Assembly: GCA_964484785.1 (NCBI GenBank)
Contig: CAZAFD010000002.1
Location: forward strand, 1 to 50,123
Length of the DNA stretch: 50,123 nt
Direction of reading: 5' to 3'
Source of the DNA: an uncultured Rhizobiaceae bacterium
GTDB lineage: Bacteria; Pseudomonadota; Alphaproteobacteria; Rickettsiales; UBA1997
Shown: positions 8,132-20,600 of the stretch, one piece after another
Position numbering within the stretch: the stretch's first letter is position 1
Layout of the letters: each line of letters starts with the position of its first letter
Position numbers and translations under genes: made by a program
Notes under the pieces: model-generated
The model's input: the letters and a program-made list of their open reading frames with translations, nothing else
Told to the model about the DNA's origin: nothing
Database searches by the model: none

Positions 8132-9502
8132 CTATTCATCCAATACTAATTCATCTTCATTAACAGCTTCAGTCTTTGGACTATTTTCTTCAACCCATTC
8201 TCTGGCTCTTAGCTGAATTTCAGTAGCAATATCTTCATCAAAACCTTCAATTTTTATAAGATCTTCTATATTAGAATCAGCTAAACTTTCTATTGTTAGA
8301 TAACCGTCAGAAGCTAACAACTGACCAATAACCTCTTCTACATCAAGTTCCTCTACAAATAGCTTTGTAGCAGTATTAAATTCTATACTTCTCTTCTCTT
8401 GTTCTTCTTCCTCAGTTAAAATGTTTAGTCTATGTTTGATTAGCTTAACAGCCAGTCTAATATTTTGACCGTTACGACCAATAGCTAAGCTAAGTTGATT
8501 TTGAGGCACAACAGCATCTATACTGTTTGTTATCTCATCTATAACAACTTTAGAAACCTTGGCCGGGGTTAAGACATTAGCTACTAATTCAGGTAAATTT
8601 TCTGACCACTTAATAATATCAATTTTTTCCCCACGAAGTTCATTGGTAATAAGTTGTATTCTACTTCCCCTTGGACCAACACAAACACCAATTATATCAG
8701 AAATATTATCTCTAGAATAAACTAAAACTTTAGCCTTTGAACCAGGATCTCTAGCTATTCCTTTAATTTCTATTAAACCATCGTATATCTCTGCTACCTC
8801 CTGCTTTAATAATTCAGCAAGGAAGTTAACATGAACCCTAGACAAAAGTACCTGACAATCATTTCTTTCGTTAGAAACTTCTACTATATAGGCCCTGATT
8901 CTATCACCTGTTTTAAATTGTTCGCCAGGTATTAGATTTTCGTTATGTAATAAGGTCTCATAGCCATCAACATCAACTACAATATTCTTCAAACCCTTTT
9001 TCTTAATGACACCATTAACAATAGTTCCAACTCTATTTTTAAACTCGTTATATTCTCTTTCTTTTTCTGCTTCTTTTACTTTTTTAATTATTTCAGTTTT
9101 TGCAATCTGTACCATCACCCTGCTTAGGTCTATAGGAGGCAAGTTAACTCTTATAAAACCACCTATCTCAACCTCATCTTGTAATACCGCCTTGCCAGAA
9201 GTAACATATTTCACTGCATTGGCTAACCCTATTTGGGTTTTATAGTTAAATTCTTCCTTTTTTTCATCAGCATCAGCAATCACTTCCAGCTTATTAAATA
9301 AGTTTATAGCTCCAGTCTTTTTATCAATATTACATTCGATATTTAAATCGTACCCATATTTTTTTCTAGCAGCTAATCTGATTCCCTCTTCTAAGGCTCC
9401 TATTACTGAGCTTACTGGTATTCCCTTGTCTAGAGCCATACGTTCAGCCACTAATAACAATTCCTTACTTCCTTTAACTATAAAATCAGTACCCATATTC
9501 AA
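8132..9502 (-). CDS. nusA: Transcription termination/antitermination factor NusA
   Basis: 456 aa. The layout is an N-terminal domain, S1 and KH regions (GPRGSRIQ, AIGRNGQNIRLA) and an acidic C-terminal HhH-type tail. The track start is TTG at 9502, with ATG at 9496 more likely. It sits directly upstream of infB. Confidence 0.95.
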   Translation of the reverse strand: MNMGTDFIVKGSKELLLVAERMALDKGIPVSSVIGALEEGIRLAARKKYGYDLNIECNIDKKTGAINLFNKLEVIADADEKKEEFNYKTQIGLANAVKYVTSGKAVLQDEVEIGGFIRVNLPPIDLSRVMVQIAKTEIIKKVKEAEKEREYNEFKNRVGTIVNGVIKKKGLKNIVVDVDGYETLLHNENLIPGEQFKTGDRIRAYIVEVSNERNDCQVLLSRVHVNFLAELLKQEVAEIYDGLIEIKGIARDPGSKAKVLVYSRDNISDIIGVCVGPRGSRIQLITNELRGEKIDIIKWSENLPELVANVLTPAKVSKVVIDEITNSIDAVVPQNQLSLAIGRNGQNIRLAVKLIKHRLNILTEEEEQEKRSIEFNTATKLFVEELDVEEVIGQLLASDGYLTIESLADSNIEDLIKIEGFDEDIATEIQLRAREWVEENSPKTEAVNEDELVLDE

Positions 9503-9516
9503 TTCGTTTTAATATT

Positions 9517-9547
9517 AAAAAAACCTATTTAATTGAATAAATAGGTT
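9517..9547 (-). terminator. Intrinsic terminator/attenuator in the nusA 5' leader
   Basis: On the minus strand, aacctattta-ttcaat-taaataggtt (10-bp stem) is followed by ttttt and ends about 20 nt before the nusA ATG. There is no upstream co-directional gene for it to terminate, because gyrB is divergent. Confidence 0.55.
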
Positions 9548-9736
9548 ATAATGGTGATGTATTACCGATAAGAATAATCATGAAAAAATTAAAGTGCAAG
9601 ATCTTAGTATAAAAAACAAAGTAGAATTTTTAAAAAATTACAAAAATATCTGCATAAATATTGATGTTTTCCTTTATTTTCCAAGAAAAACTTGCTTTCT
9701 AATTAGAAAGTTATATTATTTTTCCCTAGTTGGTAG

Positions 9737-12196
<2,460 letters not shown>

Positions 12197-12207
12197 TTAA
12201 TTTTTAG

Positions 12208-12241
12208 TTAATTAGTTATCCAAACTTGGATAACTAATTAA
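12208..12241 (+). terminator. Long perfect hairpin after gyrB
   Basis: ttaattagttatccaa-ac-ttggataactaattaa has 16-bp arms and starts 12 nt after the gyrB stop. It is AT-rich and lacks a clean U-tract. Confidence 0.5.
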
Positions 12242-12309
12242 TATCCATATTGCTAATTTCGTTTTTCTTAATACGCTAGTCAAAACTGTAACAGTTATAT
12301 AGGTAGTGT

Positions 12310-13674
12310 ATGTCACAAGTTAAAAAAATTTTATTTGGCCTTTTGTGTCTTACTTTTTTGTCAAGACCAGCCTTGTCCGACCTAATTATTCAAGAATGGC
12401 GTCAAACAAATATTCTAAATAAAAATAATCAAAAAGTAACTATAAACATTAGGTTAAAGGCTACAAATTTACCTAAAAATACCTATTATAACGGTTGGTC
12501 TTATATTTTTGACCCAAATCAACCAATTACAATCACAGAGGCTCGTGTAATTAAACCCTCAGTAAATGGTAGAACTAACGTTAGTAACAAAACCATATAC
12601 TTTAATTTCGAAAAATTATTTAATAATCAAGATGTTGAATTGCAATTTGCGTACATAATGCCAGACGCAAATACTACACCTTATACAACAACAAAATACG
12701 TCGGTATACCTAATCTAGCGGCAGGAGCAAACGCCTTTATATTAGCCAAGGTATATACAAACGATATGAACACTTACCTAACAAATAACGTACTTCTAAA
12801 ACAAAATAACCAATACTTCTGGTCAGGTAAGGTGCCAAAGGAAGGTATTACAGACTACGTCAATCTTACACCAAAACGTGCAAAATGGCTTATTAGTACA
12901 AATGTGGACCTAACGGATTCTGAACGGATAGGTAGTTTAACAGTCACTATGCCACAATATTATGCCCTTGGTATCAACGATATCATTGAATATAAAGCAT
13001 TTAATAATCAAACAGATTATACAAATACAAAAGTTTTTAAAATCAAACAAGATAGTGTACAAGTTAAATTTAATAAACTTAATCAAAATACAGCTTTTAT
13101 TAAAACTGAAACTATAATAGATAATTACAATTATAACTACAGTAATAAATATAAAACTGCCTTAGACATAAATAACTATCTAAAAATCGATAATTTTACA
13201 GCAAATGCTTTACAGATGAAAATTGCTCCTTTATTAGAAAAATACCGAAATACCAATGAACAAATGTACTTAACCTTAGCGAAACTAGTTCATTCTGAAA
13301 TCACGTATGATAAGGCAATGTACGGCAAGATTATAAAATCACCACAAATATTAGAACAAAAAAACGGGGTATGTGATCACTTTTCCTTATTATACCAAGA
13401 TTTATTGAGAACATATAACATACCCGCTACAGCTGTATCTGGTTTAGCATACGATTCTAAAAATAATAAGTTCGAGAGACATTCATGGGTTTTAGTTTAT
13501 GTGAATGGAGAATGGCTACCCATAGATCCAACTTGGGGTTTATATTCTGGTGTCGTACCAATATCACATATTTTATTATCAATAGGCTTAAATATTGAAT
13601 ATAAGTTCCAGAGAATTCATAGTCTAAACAAATTAACTGCTGATATTAAAGAGGAAGCAAAAATGCTAGAATAA
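12310..13674 (+). CDS. Secreted transglutaminase-like cysteine protease-fold protein
   Basis: 454 aa. It has a signal peptide (MSQVKKILFGLLCLTFLSRPALS), an Asn-rich N-terminal domain of about 330 aa with no recognisable family, and a transglutaminase-core Cys-His-Asp pattern (GVCDHFSLLYQDLLR ... RHSWVLVYVNGEWLPIDPTWG). Confidence 0.7.
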   Translation: MSQVKKILFGLLCLTFLSRPALSDLIIQEWRQTNILNKNNQKVTINIRLKATNLPKNTYYNGWSYIFDPNQPITITEARVIKPSVNGRTNVSNKTIYFNFEKLFNNQDVELQFAYIMPDANTTPYTTTKYVGIPNLAAGANAFILAKVYTNDMNTYLTNNVLLKQNNQYFWSGKVPKEGITDYVNLTPKRAKWLISTNVDLTDSERIGSLTVTMPQYYALGINDIIEYKAFNNQTDYTNTKVFKIKQDSVQVKFNKLNQNTAFIKTETIIDNYNYNYSNKYKTALDINNYLKIDNFTANALQMKIAPLLEKYRNTNEQMYLTLAKLVHSEITYDKAMYGKIIKSPQILEQKNGVCDHFSLLYQDLLRTYNIPATAVSGLAYDSKNNKFERHSWVLVYVNGEWLPIDPTWGLYSGVVPISHILLSIGLNIEYKFQRIHSLNKLTADIKEEAKMLE

Positions 13675-13745
13675 TCCTCTTGATTCTAGGACAAAAGACC
13701 AATTATTATATCAGTTAATAAAAGATATAAAAAGATATTTGATAA

Positions 13746-14354
13746 ATGGTAAATTTTTTATATGAAGAAGATCTACCCGCCGACATAGATCTTGGTAATG
13801 AAATAGCTATAGACACAGAAACTTTAGGATTGAATAATCACAGAGACCGACTTTGTATGGTCCAATTATCAAGAGGAGATGGAAATGCATACTTAGTTCA
13901 TTTTAGTGGTAAAGATTATTCAGCTCCAAATTTAAAAAAAATCCTAGCCAATGAAAAAATACTAAAAATTATGCACTTTGCCAGATTCGATATGGCAATC
14001 TTACAAAAAACTTTTGGCTTTCCAATAAAGAATGTATATTGTACTAAAATTGCATCAAAAATTGCTAGAACTTATAGTGATGCGCATGGTTTAAAGGTGC
14101 TAATCAAGGAATTTCTGGATATGGATATTTCTAAAAAAGAACAAAGTTCTTATTGGGGTGGACCTATAAATAAAGAACAACAAAGGTATGCGGCAAATGA
14201 TGTTTTATATTTGCATAAAATAAAAGAACAACTTGATTTTATGCTTCATAATGAAGGCCGTTATGAACTTGTTAAAAATTGCTTTGGATTTTTAAATACC
14301 AGGGTTAATCTAGATCTAGAAGGATGGTCGGATATTGACATTTTTTTACACTAA
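13746..14354 (+). CDS. rnd: RNase D-like 3'-5' exonuclease (DEDDy family, short alphaproteobacterial form)
   Basis: 202 aa, with Exo motifs IAIDTETLGL, HFARFDMAIL and YAANDVLYL. Confidence 0.8.
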   Translation: MVNFLYEEDLPADIDLGNEIAIDTETLGLNNHRDRLCMVQLSRGDGNAYLVHFSGKDYSAPNLKKILANEKILKIMHFARFDMAILQKTFGFPIKNVYCTKIASKIARTYSDAHGLKVLIKEFLDMDISKKEQSSYWGGPINKEQQRYAANDVLYLHKIKEQLDFMLHNEGRYELVKNCFGFLNTRVNLDLEGWSDIDIFLH

Positions 14355-14391
14355 ATCCTATAATCGCCTTAACAAGTAATTAAAGTTATAT

Positions 14392-14808
14392 ATGCAGAAT
14401 ATATCCATAGAAAAGTGTCTAGATATAGTATCGAATAAGTATAAGTTGGTTTTATTAGCAATGGAAAGAGCCAAACACTTGATGTTAGGCGCCGAGCCTC
14501 AGGTTGAAAAGGGTGTTGCACAAAAAAATAGTTATTTGGCTTTACAAGAAATAGAACATGATAAGCTTGATTTAATACAATTAGAGGAAGATTTAAAAAC
14601 GGATCTATCAAAATCTGACTTCTTTGTAAAAAGTAACGCAGAACATAAGGTTGATACTAGCGACACTAATACAGAAAACGAAGATACTTTTGATTTAGAC
14701 GAAATAATAGATGAAGAATTAGAGTCTGTTGAAGCAAACGATGAAGACGGTTATTACGATAGTAATGATATGGATGATACAGACGCAGATAGTGGTTTTG
14801 AAGAATAG
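14392..14808 (+). CDS. rpoZ: DNA-directed RNA polymerase subunit omega with a long acidic tail
   Basis: 138 aa. The N-terminal omega core is CLDIVSNKYKLVLLAMERAKHL. The C-terminal ~60 aa are very acidic (DTSDTNTENEDTFDLDEIIDEELESVEANDEDGYYDSNDMDDTDADSGFEE). Confidence 0.8.
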   Translation: MQNISIEKCLDIVSNKYKLVLLAMERAKHLMLGAEPQVEKGVAQKNSYLALQEIEHDKLDLIQLEEDLKTDLSKSDFFVKSNAEHKVDTSDTNTENEDTFDLDEIIDEELESVEANDEDGYYDSNDMDDTDADSGFEE

Positions 14809-14832
14809 TTATTATAAAATAAGTAGGAAAAG

Positions 14833-15390
14833 ATGAACGCAAATTCAATCAACATAGGTAACGTTATAAAGCACAATAATAAGTTTTGGTTAGTAACCAA
14901 AAAGGAGCATGTAAAGCCTGGTAAGGGTGGTGCTTTTGTGCAAGTAGAAATGAAGGATATAATTAATAATACAAAGCTTAATGAAAGATTTAGATCTACA
15001 GCCGAGGTAGAAAAAGCTTTTTTAGAAGAAAAGACATTTAATTATCAGTATGATGATCGAGACAACCTTGTATTAATGAATACAGAAACCTATGAGCAGG
15101 AATTCTTTCCAAAAACCTTACTTGGTAATAGAACAGCATTTCTACAAGAAGGTATGGATGTAACTGTCTCATTTTGCGAAGGAATGGCTATAGATATAAA
15201 ACTACCTGAAACAGTTGTTTTAGCTATAACAACAACAGAACCAACTATTAAAGGCCAAACCGCCACAAATTCTTTTAAACCAGCTATTTTAGAAAATGGT
15301 ATAAGAGTTATGGTGCCACCTTTTATTTCATCAGAAGATAAAATAGTCGTTAGAACAGAAGACGGCACATATGTTGAAAGAGCAAAATAA
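14833..15390 (+). CDS. efp: Elongation factor P
   Basis: 185 aa, containing ...HVKPGKGGAFVQVEMKDI..., the canonical EF-P loop and length. An AGGAAAAG Shine-Dalgarno-like sequence lies upstream. Confidence 0.95.
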   Translation: MNANSINIGNVIKHNNKFWLVTKKEHVKPGKGGAFVQVEMKDIINNTKLNERFRSTAEVEKAFLEEKTFNYQYDDRDNLVLMNTETYEQEFFPKTLLGNRTAFLQEGMDVTVSFCEGMAIDIKLPETVVLAITTTEPTIKGQTATNSFKPAILENGIRVMVPPFISSEDKIVVRTEDGTYVERAK

Positions 15391-15418
15391 TTTTAAAATC
15401 TTAGTTTTATAACAGCTG

Positions 15419-16105
15419 TTACTTTTTACGCCAAGTTAGAAAGTAACAGCTTCTGTTTTCTTGTAGAGCTTTACTTTGATATTTAGTCTTAATCCACCAA
15501 TCCGGTTCAGTAGTACATTCGGTATATTCATGAAATAGTGGCACAAAAACTTCATTCTGTTGAAAATAACTAATAGTCCATTTGACATAATCTAAAATGT
15601 CGCTAGCAAAAATAATTTCCCCACCACTTTTTAGTTTTAAGCTAATTAATTTTATAAAATCCGAATTTATTATACGCCTTTTATTTTGACGAATCTTAGG
15701 CCATGGATCTGGAAATAAAATAAAAATCCTATCTAAGCTTTTATCAAGCAATGCTTGCAATAGAAGTCTAGCATCACCATAAAATATTCTTAGATTAGTA
15801 CTATCTAGATCCAAAGCCATTTTAGTTAAGTTAGCTACACCTTTGGTATATGATTCACAGCCTATATAGTTTATATCAGTATCTTTGACAGCTCTTTTAA
15901 TTATACTTTCTCCGTAACCAAAGCCTATTTCTAAATAGTTTTTATTGTTGTTATGAAAGATTGTAGATAAATTTATTGTATCGCCTAATTCAATCTGAAT
16001 CTTTGGTAAATCATTTTTAATAATATTATCATCCGTAGCAGTTAATCTTTTACTGTTAATTCTTCCAAAACTTCTAATATTATCCCTAGTATTTAAATAA
16101 ATCAT
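15419..16105 (-). CDS. trmB: tRNA (guanine-N7)-methyltransferase
   Basis: 228 aa, with EIGFGYGE (SAM motif I) and FPDPWPK motifs. Confidence 0.9.
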   Translation of the reverse strand: MIYLNTRDNIRSFGRINSKRLTATDDNIIKNDLPKIQIELGDTINLSTIFHNNNKNYLEIGFGYGESIIKRAVKDTDINYIGCESYTKGVANLTKMALDLDSTNLRIFYGDARLLLQALLDKSLDRIFILFPDPWPKIRQNKRRIINSDFIKLISLKLKSGGEIIFASDILDYVKWTISYFQQNEVFVPLFHEYTECTTEPDWWIKTKYQSKALQENRSCYFLTWRKK

Positions 16106-16112
16106 ATAATAC

Positions 16113-16511
16113 TCAATCCTTCGTTATAATAACCATAGCATTTACGTAAGGTATTTCATCTGTTATAGATACATGAATATTTATATTAGCATAATTACAA
16201 TTAAAAGTCTTTGCAAGAAACCTTTTGATTGGTTCACTCAATACTATATATGGCTTACCATATTCATTGTTTAAGACAGAAATATGCTGTAGGTTTAAAT
16301 TACTACCTAAACCACACCCAACAGCCTTGCTAAAGGCTTCTTTAGCACAAAAACGTTTACCTATATAATTCACCGAATCTTTTTTAGAGGATAATAATAT
16401 CTCTTGTTCTTCTTTAGATAATACCCTTTGCACAAGTCTGTCAGGAAATTTATTTAAAAGCCTTTTGACTCTATCTAAATTTAATAGATCTATTCCACAA
16501 CCTAAAAGCAT
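16113..16511 (-). CDS. acpS: Holo-[acyl-carrier-protein] synthase
   Basis: 132 aa, starting MLLGCGIDLL..., with RFCAKEAFSKA. Size is typical of AcpS. Confidence 0.88.
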   Translation of the reverse strand: MLLGCGIDLLNLDRVKRLLNKFPDRLVQRVLSKEEQEILLSSKKDSVNYIGKRFCAKEAFSKAVGCGLGSNLNLQHISVLNNEYGKPYIVLSEPIKRFLAKTFNCNYANINIHVSITDEIPYVNAMVIITKD

Positions 16512-16513
16512 AA

Positions 16514-17677
16514 TTATTTTACTAGTAGACTATTATAACACTTCTTAAGTTTTGTATACATATTCTCAAAACTAAAATTATCAACAACATTAAGTCTAGC
16601 TGTCTTTGTTAATACTTGTTTTTCATGTGTACTTAAGGTCATAACTCGGTCTAAAACCTCAGCAAATACCCTAACATCATCAGGTGGTACTAAGAAGCCT
16701 GTTAAACCATCTTTTGTGGTTTCAAGCATTCCTCCAAGTGCGGTTCCTATAAAAATACGTTCCATAGCCTGAGCCTCTATAGCAATCATACCAAAAGCCT
16801 CTGGTTTTAAAGTAGAACAAACAACAATATCTGATAATTTATAAAGAGCTGGCATATCTGAAATATTATTTACCAGTCTAACCTTATCATATAGATTATG
16901 TTTATTGATAATATTAATTAATCTTTGCCTATATCTTGGATGTTTGGCAGCATCCCCAGCTAAAATACAAAAATAGTTTTTATTTTTTAACAAGGGAAGA
17001 GTTTTTAATAAATAATCTTGTCCTTTAATTGGTGTGATACGTCCGGGCAAAGTAATAATAACCTTGTCATCCGGAATATTTAATCTCTTTTTGAGCTGAA
17101 TAATTCTATTATCACCAACAATACCCAAATCAAACTTCTTAAGATCTAAACCCCTATATATTAATTCTAGTTTTTGTGGGTCCTTAAAATAAGAAAGATA
17201 ATTGTTATAACAATAATCCCTAATATAATTAGAAACTACTATAATCTTATTAGATTTAAACATAACCGAATTATACAATACCTTAAAATATCTTAGTACT
17301 GCATTTTTAGAGCCTAAACTGTAAGCTCCGTGTATTGTTGTTATGAAGGAAACTTTTAATTTTTTGCAAGCATAATAAACACTCCAAGCTGGAGCACGTG
17401 ATTCAACTTCAACAAGATTTATTTGGTATTTTTTTATAATACGTTTAATAAAAAAGATATTCTTAAATATAACAAAGGGGTTTTTAGATTTAACCTTAGC
17501 TTTAATTACTTGAAGACCAAGACTCTCTAATCTTTGGCTTAATTTGCCACCGCTAGTTAATAAGAATATTTCAAAGTCCTTTTCTCGGAGAAGTCTTAAG
17601 CAAAGTTCAAAAATACCACACTCAACACCGCCAGCCTCCATATTTGGGACAACAAATAAAAGCCTTGTTTGAACCAT
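16514..17677 (-). CDS. GT-B fold glycosyltransferase, family 4-like
   Basis: 387 aa. It has an N-terminal GGVE motif and a C-terminal E-x7-E motif (PEAFGMIAIEAQAME). The start lies 12 nt after the stop of the giant ORF, and the stop lies 2 nt before the acpS start. Confidence 0.8.
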   Translation of the reverse strand: MVQTRLLFVVPNMEAGGVECGIFELCLRLLREKDFEIFLLTSGGKLSQRLESLGLQVIKAKVKSKNPFVIFKNIFFIKRIIKKYQINLVEVESRAPAWSVYYACKKLKVSFITTIHGAYSLGSKNAVLRYFKVLYNSVMFKSNKIIVVSNYIRDYCYNNYLSYFKDPQKLELIYRGLDLKKFDLGIVGDNRIIQLKKRLNIPDDKVIITLPGRITPIKGQDYLLKTLPLLKNKNYFCILAGDAAKHPRYRQRLINIINKHNLYDKVRLVNNISDMPALYKLSDIVVCSTLKPEAFGMIAIEAQAMERIFIGTALGGMLETTKDGLTGFLVPPDDVRVFAEVLDRVMTLSTHEKQVLTKTARLNVVDNFSFENMYTKLKKCYNSLLVK

Positions 17678-17689
17678 ACAGCTGTTTTA

Positions 17690-20600
17690 TTAATCGTAGG
17701 AAAAGTAAATATAAGGTCCTTGTCGATAGGCCGTCTGTTTTTGTTTACTCTCTGTGGATTTTACTGTAGTTTTTATCTTCAAGTATGGTGCACCTGAAAA
17801 ACCAACTGCAGTAGCCGATGTGCTACTATCTGCATAAGTATAACCGCCAGGTCCTTGGCAAAGCATTACGGCCGGTTTATGGTTGTCTTCCCAGGCTAGG
17901 CCACCATAACGAAAATCCTCAGAACCAACTCCACTGCAGTCTATTCTTGTACCACATCCTTTATTAGGTTTACCAAAGTGATCACCTACATCCCAAACAT
18001 CGGTTGATAAACTTATACTACCATTATTTCCACAATTACCACTAATATATCCAGATTTTACTTCACCGCCATCTCCATCCAACCAAACAAAGCACAATTG
18101 ACTATGCGCATAGAAACGATACCTATTAAATTTTTCCCTATATCGTAAACCTGAAACATTGAAGGTTAAATTCCATGTTCCCCAGCCATAAGGATCAACA
18201 CGTACAGTAGCTGTTCCACTGCAACGTCGTACACATTTAGACTCAGTAACAGCCTCCCAAAAACCTTTTGTATTACATTGCACAGCCATATAGAAACCTT
18301 CCCTTGGGGTTTGTTGTAAAGCCGTATTATATCCAGTAACTGATGTACCTGCATTTGCGAGATAAGTTCTATAACCTCCAGGCAAATCCACCATGCATTT
18401 TTGATACATAGCACTGTAATTCGTAGCACTAGCAACCTTGTCTTGAATAGTCATATATATTTTATCTACATAACTGTATAAATACTCGATGATAGGCTCA
18501 ATAGAGGTATCAACCAATTTTGCTGACTTACAGGATTGAATTTCACGATTCGTATCCTCAGCTGAATTGTTTACCTCTTTAACTTTCGTACATACCTCAG
18601 ACAATCTCAATAAATCCGGTATTTTATCACTAAGGTTAACTTTCAGGCAAATAGAATTATTTTCTGATACCACGACGGATGTATCAGAATTAATATCTGG
18701 TGACTGTATACCTGCACACACATATAAAAAACCATTAGCTGTAGATGAAGGCAATGGAGAATATCCCTGTGAATCTGCCGCTAAAAACTCCATAGATACA
18801 CCACCAACTGAACTTGGTTTACTCTTAAGTCCGCTCATTAAACCACTAGTTGAATAGCTGTAATATTTATTATTTATAAAGTTAACATAATTAGTTTTAT
18901 TGTTTTGATAAAACTTATTTGCCCTCCATAATTTTTCGTAGTACTGTATAATACTATTATAATCGTAACTTGAGGATTCGGCTAATCTAAAGTCAGCCGC
19001 CTTCAATCTCTGTATTAGTATTGTGTTATTTCCACTAATTTGAGCTTCTATTACAGCCATTTTTGCTTGTCTCAATTCCTCGGCCTTTTGCTGTTTAAAA
19101 GCAGCTAAATCAGCTTCAGTCACAAAATATGCTTTATGGCAAAGATCTGTCACTTTATTTTCTTCTGGGCATTCTTTAGGTTGAATTGGTTCTTCAACAT
19201 TTTCCCCGCCTTCGCTTGGTTGATTCTCTTCATCATGCTCTCCATTCAAACCGCTTAACTCGGTTCCTAATGATTCACCGGTGTTATCATTGTTTGTTTG
19301 ATTAGCACCAATGTCTGTAGATAATACAGGCGCGCCTTCAATTTCTTCTTGGTTATTGCAGGTTATAATAGGATCACAAACAAATGAATCTTCGACCAAC
19401 ATAATAGTTGGAATCTCTTCTATTGGTTCAACCGGTACCTGCTGATCTTCAACAAAATCTTGAGATACATCAGCATCATCAGCATCCTCCTCTGGTTGAG
19501 GCTCACTTGGCTCTGGCTCTATTGGTTCAGGTATAACCTTATCAGGAATAGTATATTTACATGAGTAAGCTGTATAACCCTCAGACTTATAGTCAATACC
19601 TGCACCTTTTGTACAAACAACCTCAATGTCAGAATCATATACACTCTTATTAACTTGAGTTTTAATATACTTGAGAACTTCTACTTGTAGATCCTCCTGT
19701 ACGCTTGCTTCAACCTCGTCTTTCACAACTTGGCTGTCTAGTACCACATCAACTAGGTGCTTCTTAACTTCCGTCTGGAGATTAGTCTTTTCTGCAGAAG
19801 TTAGAGTTATACTGCGAGCACTATTAAATGATGTAGCCCAAATAGCTAAAGGTGTATCAAATTTAACATATGGACTTGCAACCAACCTACTGATATAACT
19901 ATCACACACTGAATATTGACTATTTGAATAAAAATAATCTTCAAATGAATCAGGAGTGCTGGTACCTGTGCTATAAATATCACTAGATGCATCAGAGTTA
20001 CTGCTGGCACTATTGCATAAATTATTTTGCTGAATAACGTAGCCATTATCTGTCATACCAGCCTTTTGTAAAAAATCACCACTACTAGATTCAAAGATCA
20101 CTATCTTATCAAATGGGTATTTGTTTATGTATACTGAATTGAGACTCGAAACATTTTGACCCACATTATTTTTTATGTTATAAGTACCAGCAGTACAACC
20201 CATATAAACACAGTAGTTAGTACTAAATGATGAATCATTTGCTACAGTTTGTTCAGAAACAGAAACACATGACTTCCTTTCCAAATCTGTACATAATTTT
20301 GTAGGGAATTGGCTTTGATCTAGAGCACCATAATACTCGATAGATCTATCTGAAGTAGATGTGTTATTAATTTTATTTGTACTCTGATTAACACGACAAT
20401 CTGCTCTTATTTTCTGTACAAAACCATGATCAAGATAATTTTTGCTGCCACTATCATAACCAACTAAAACACTAGCGCCACTAACTGTTTTCACATTTCT
20501 AAGTCTATTAAGCTCATCTGCTGGTAGAACTAGAGCATAGCCACTAGGACAAGAAAATTCTGAGTATGAGAAATTTATTGCGCTAGCTGATTTGTATTTT

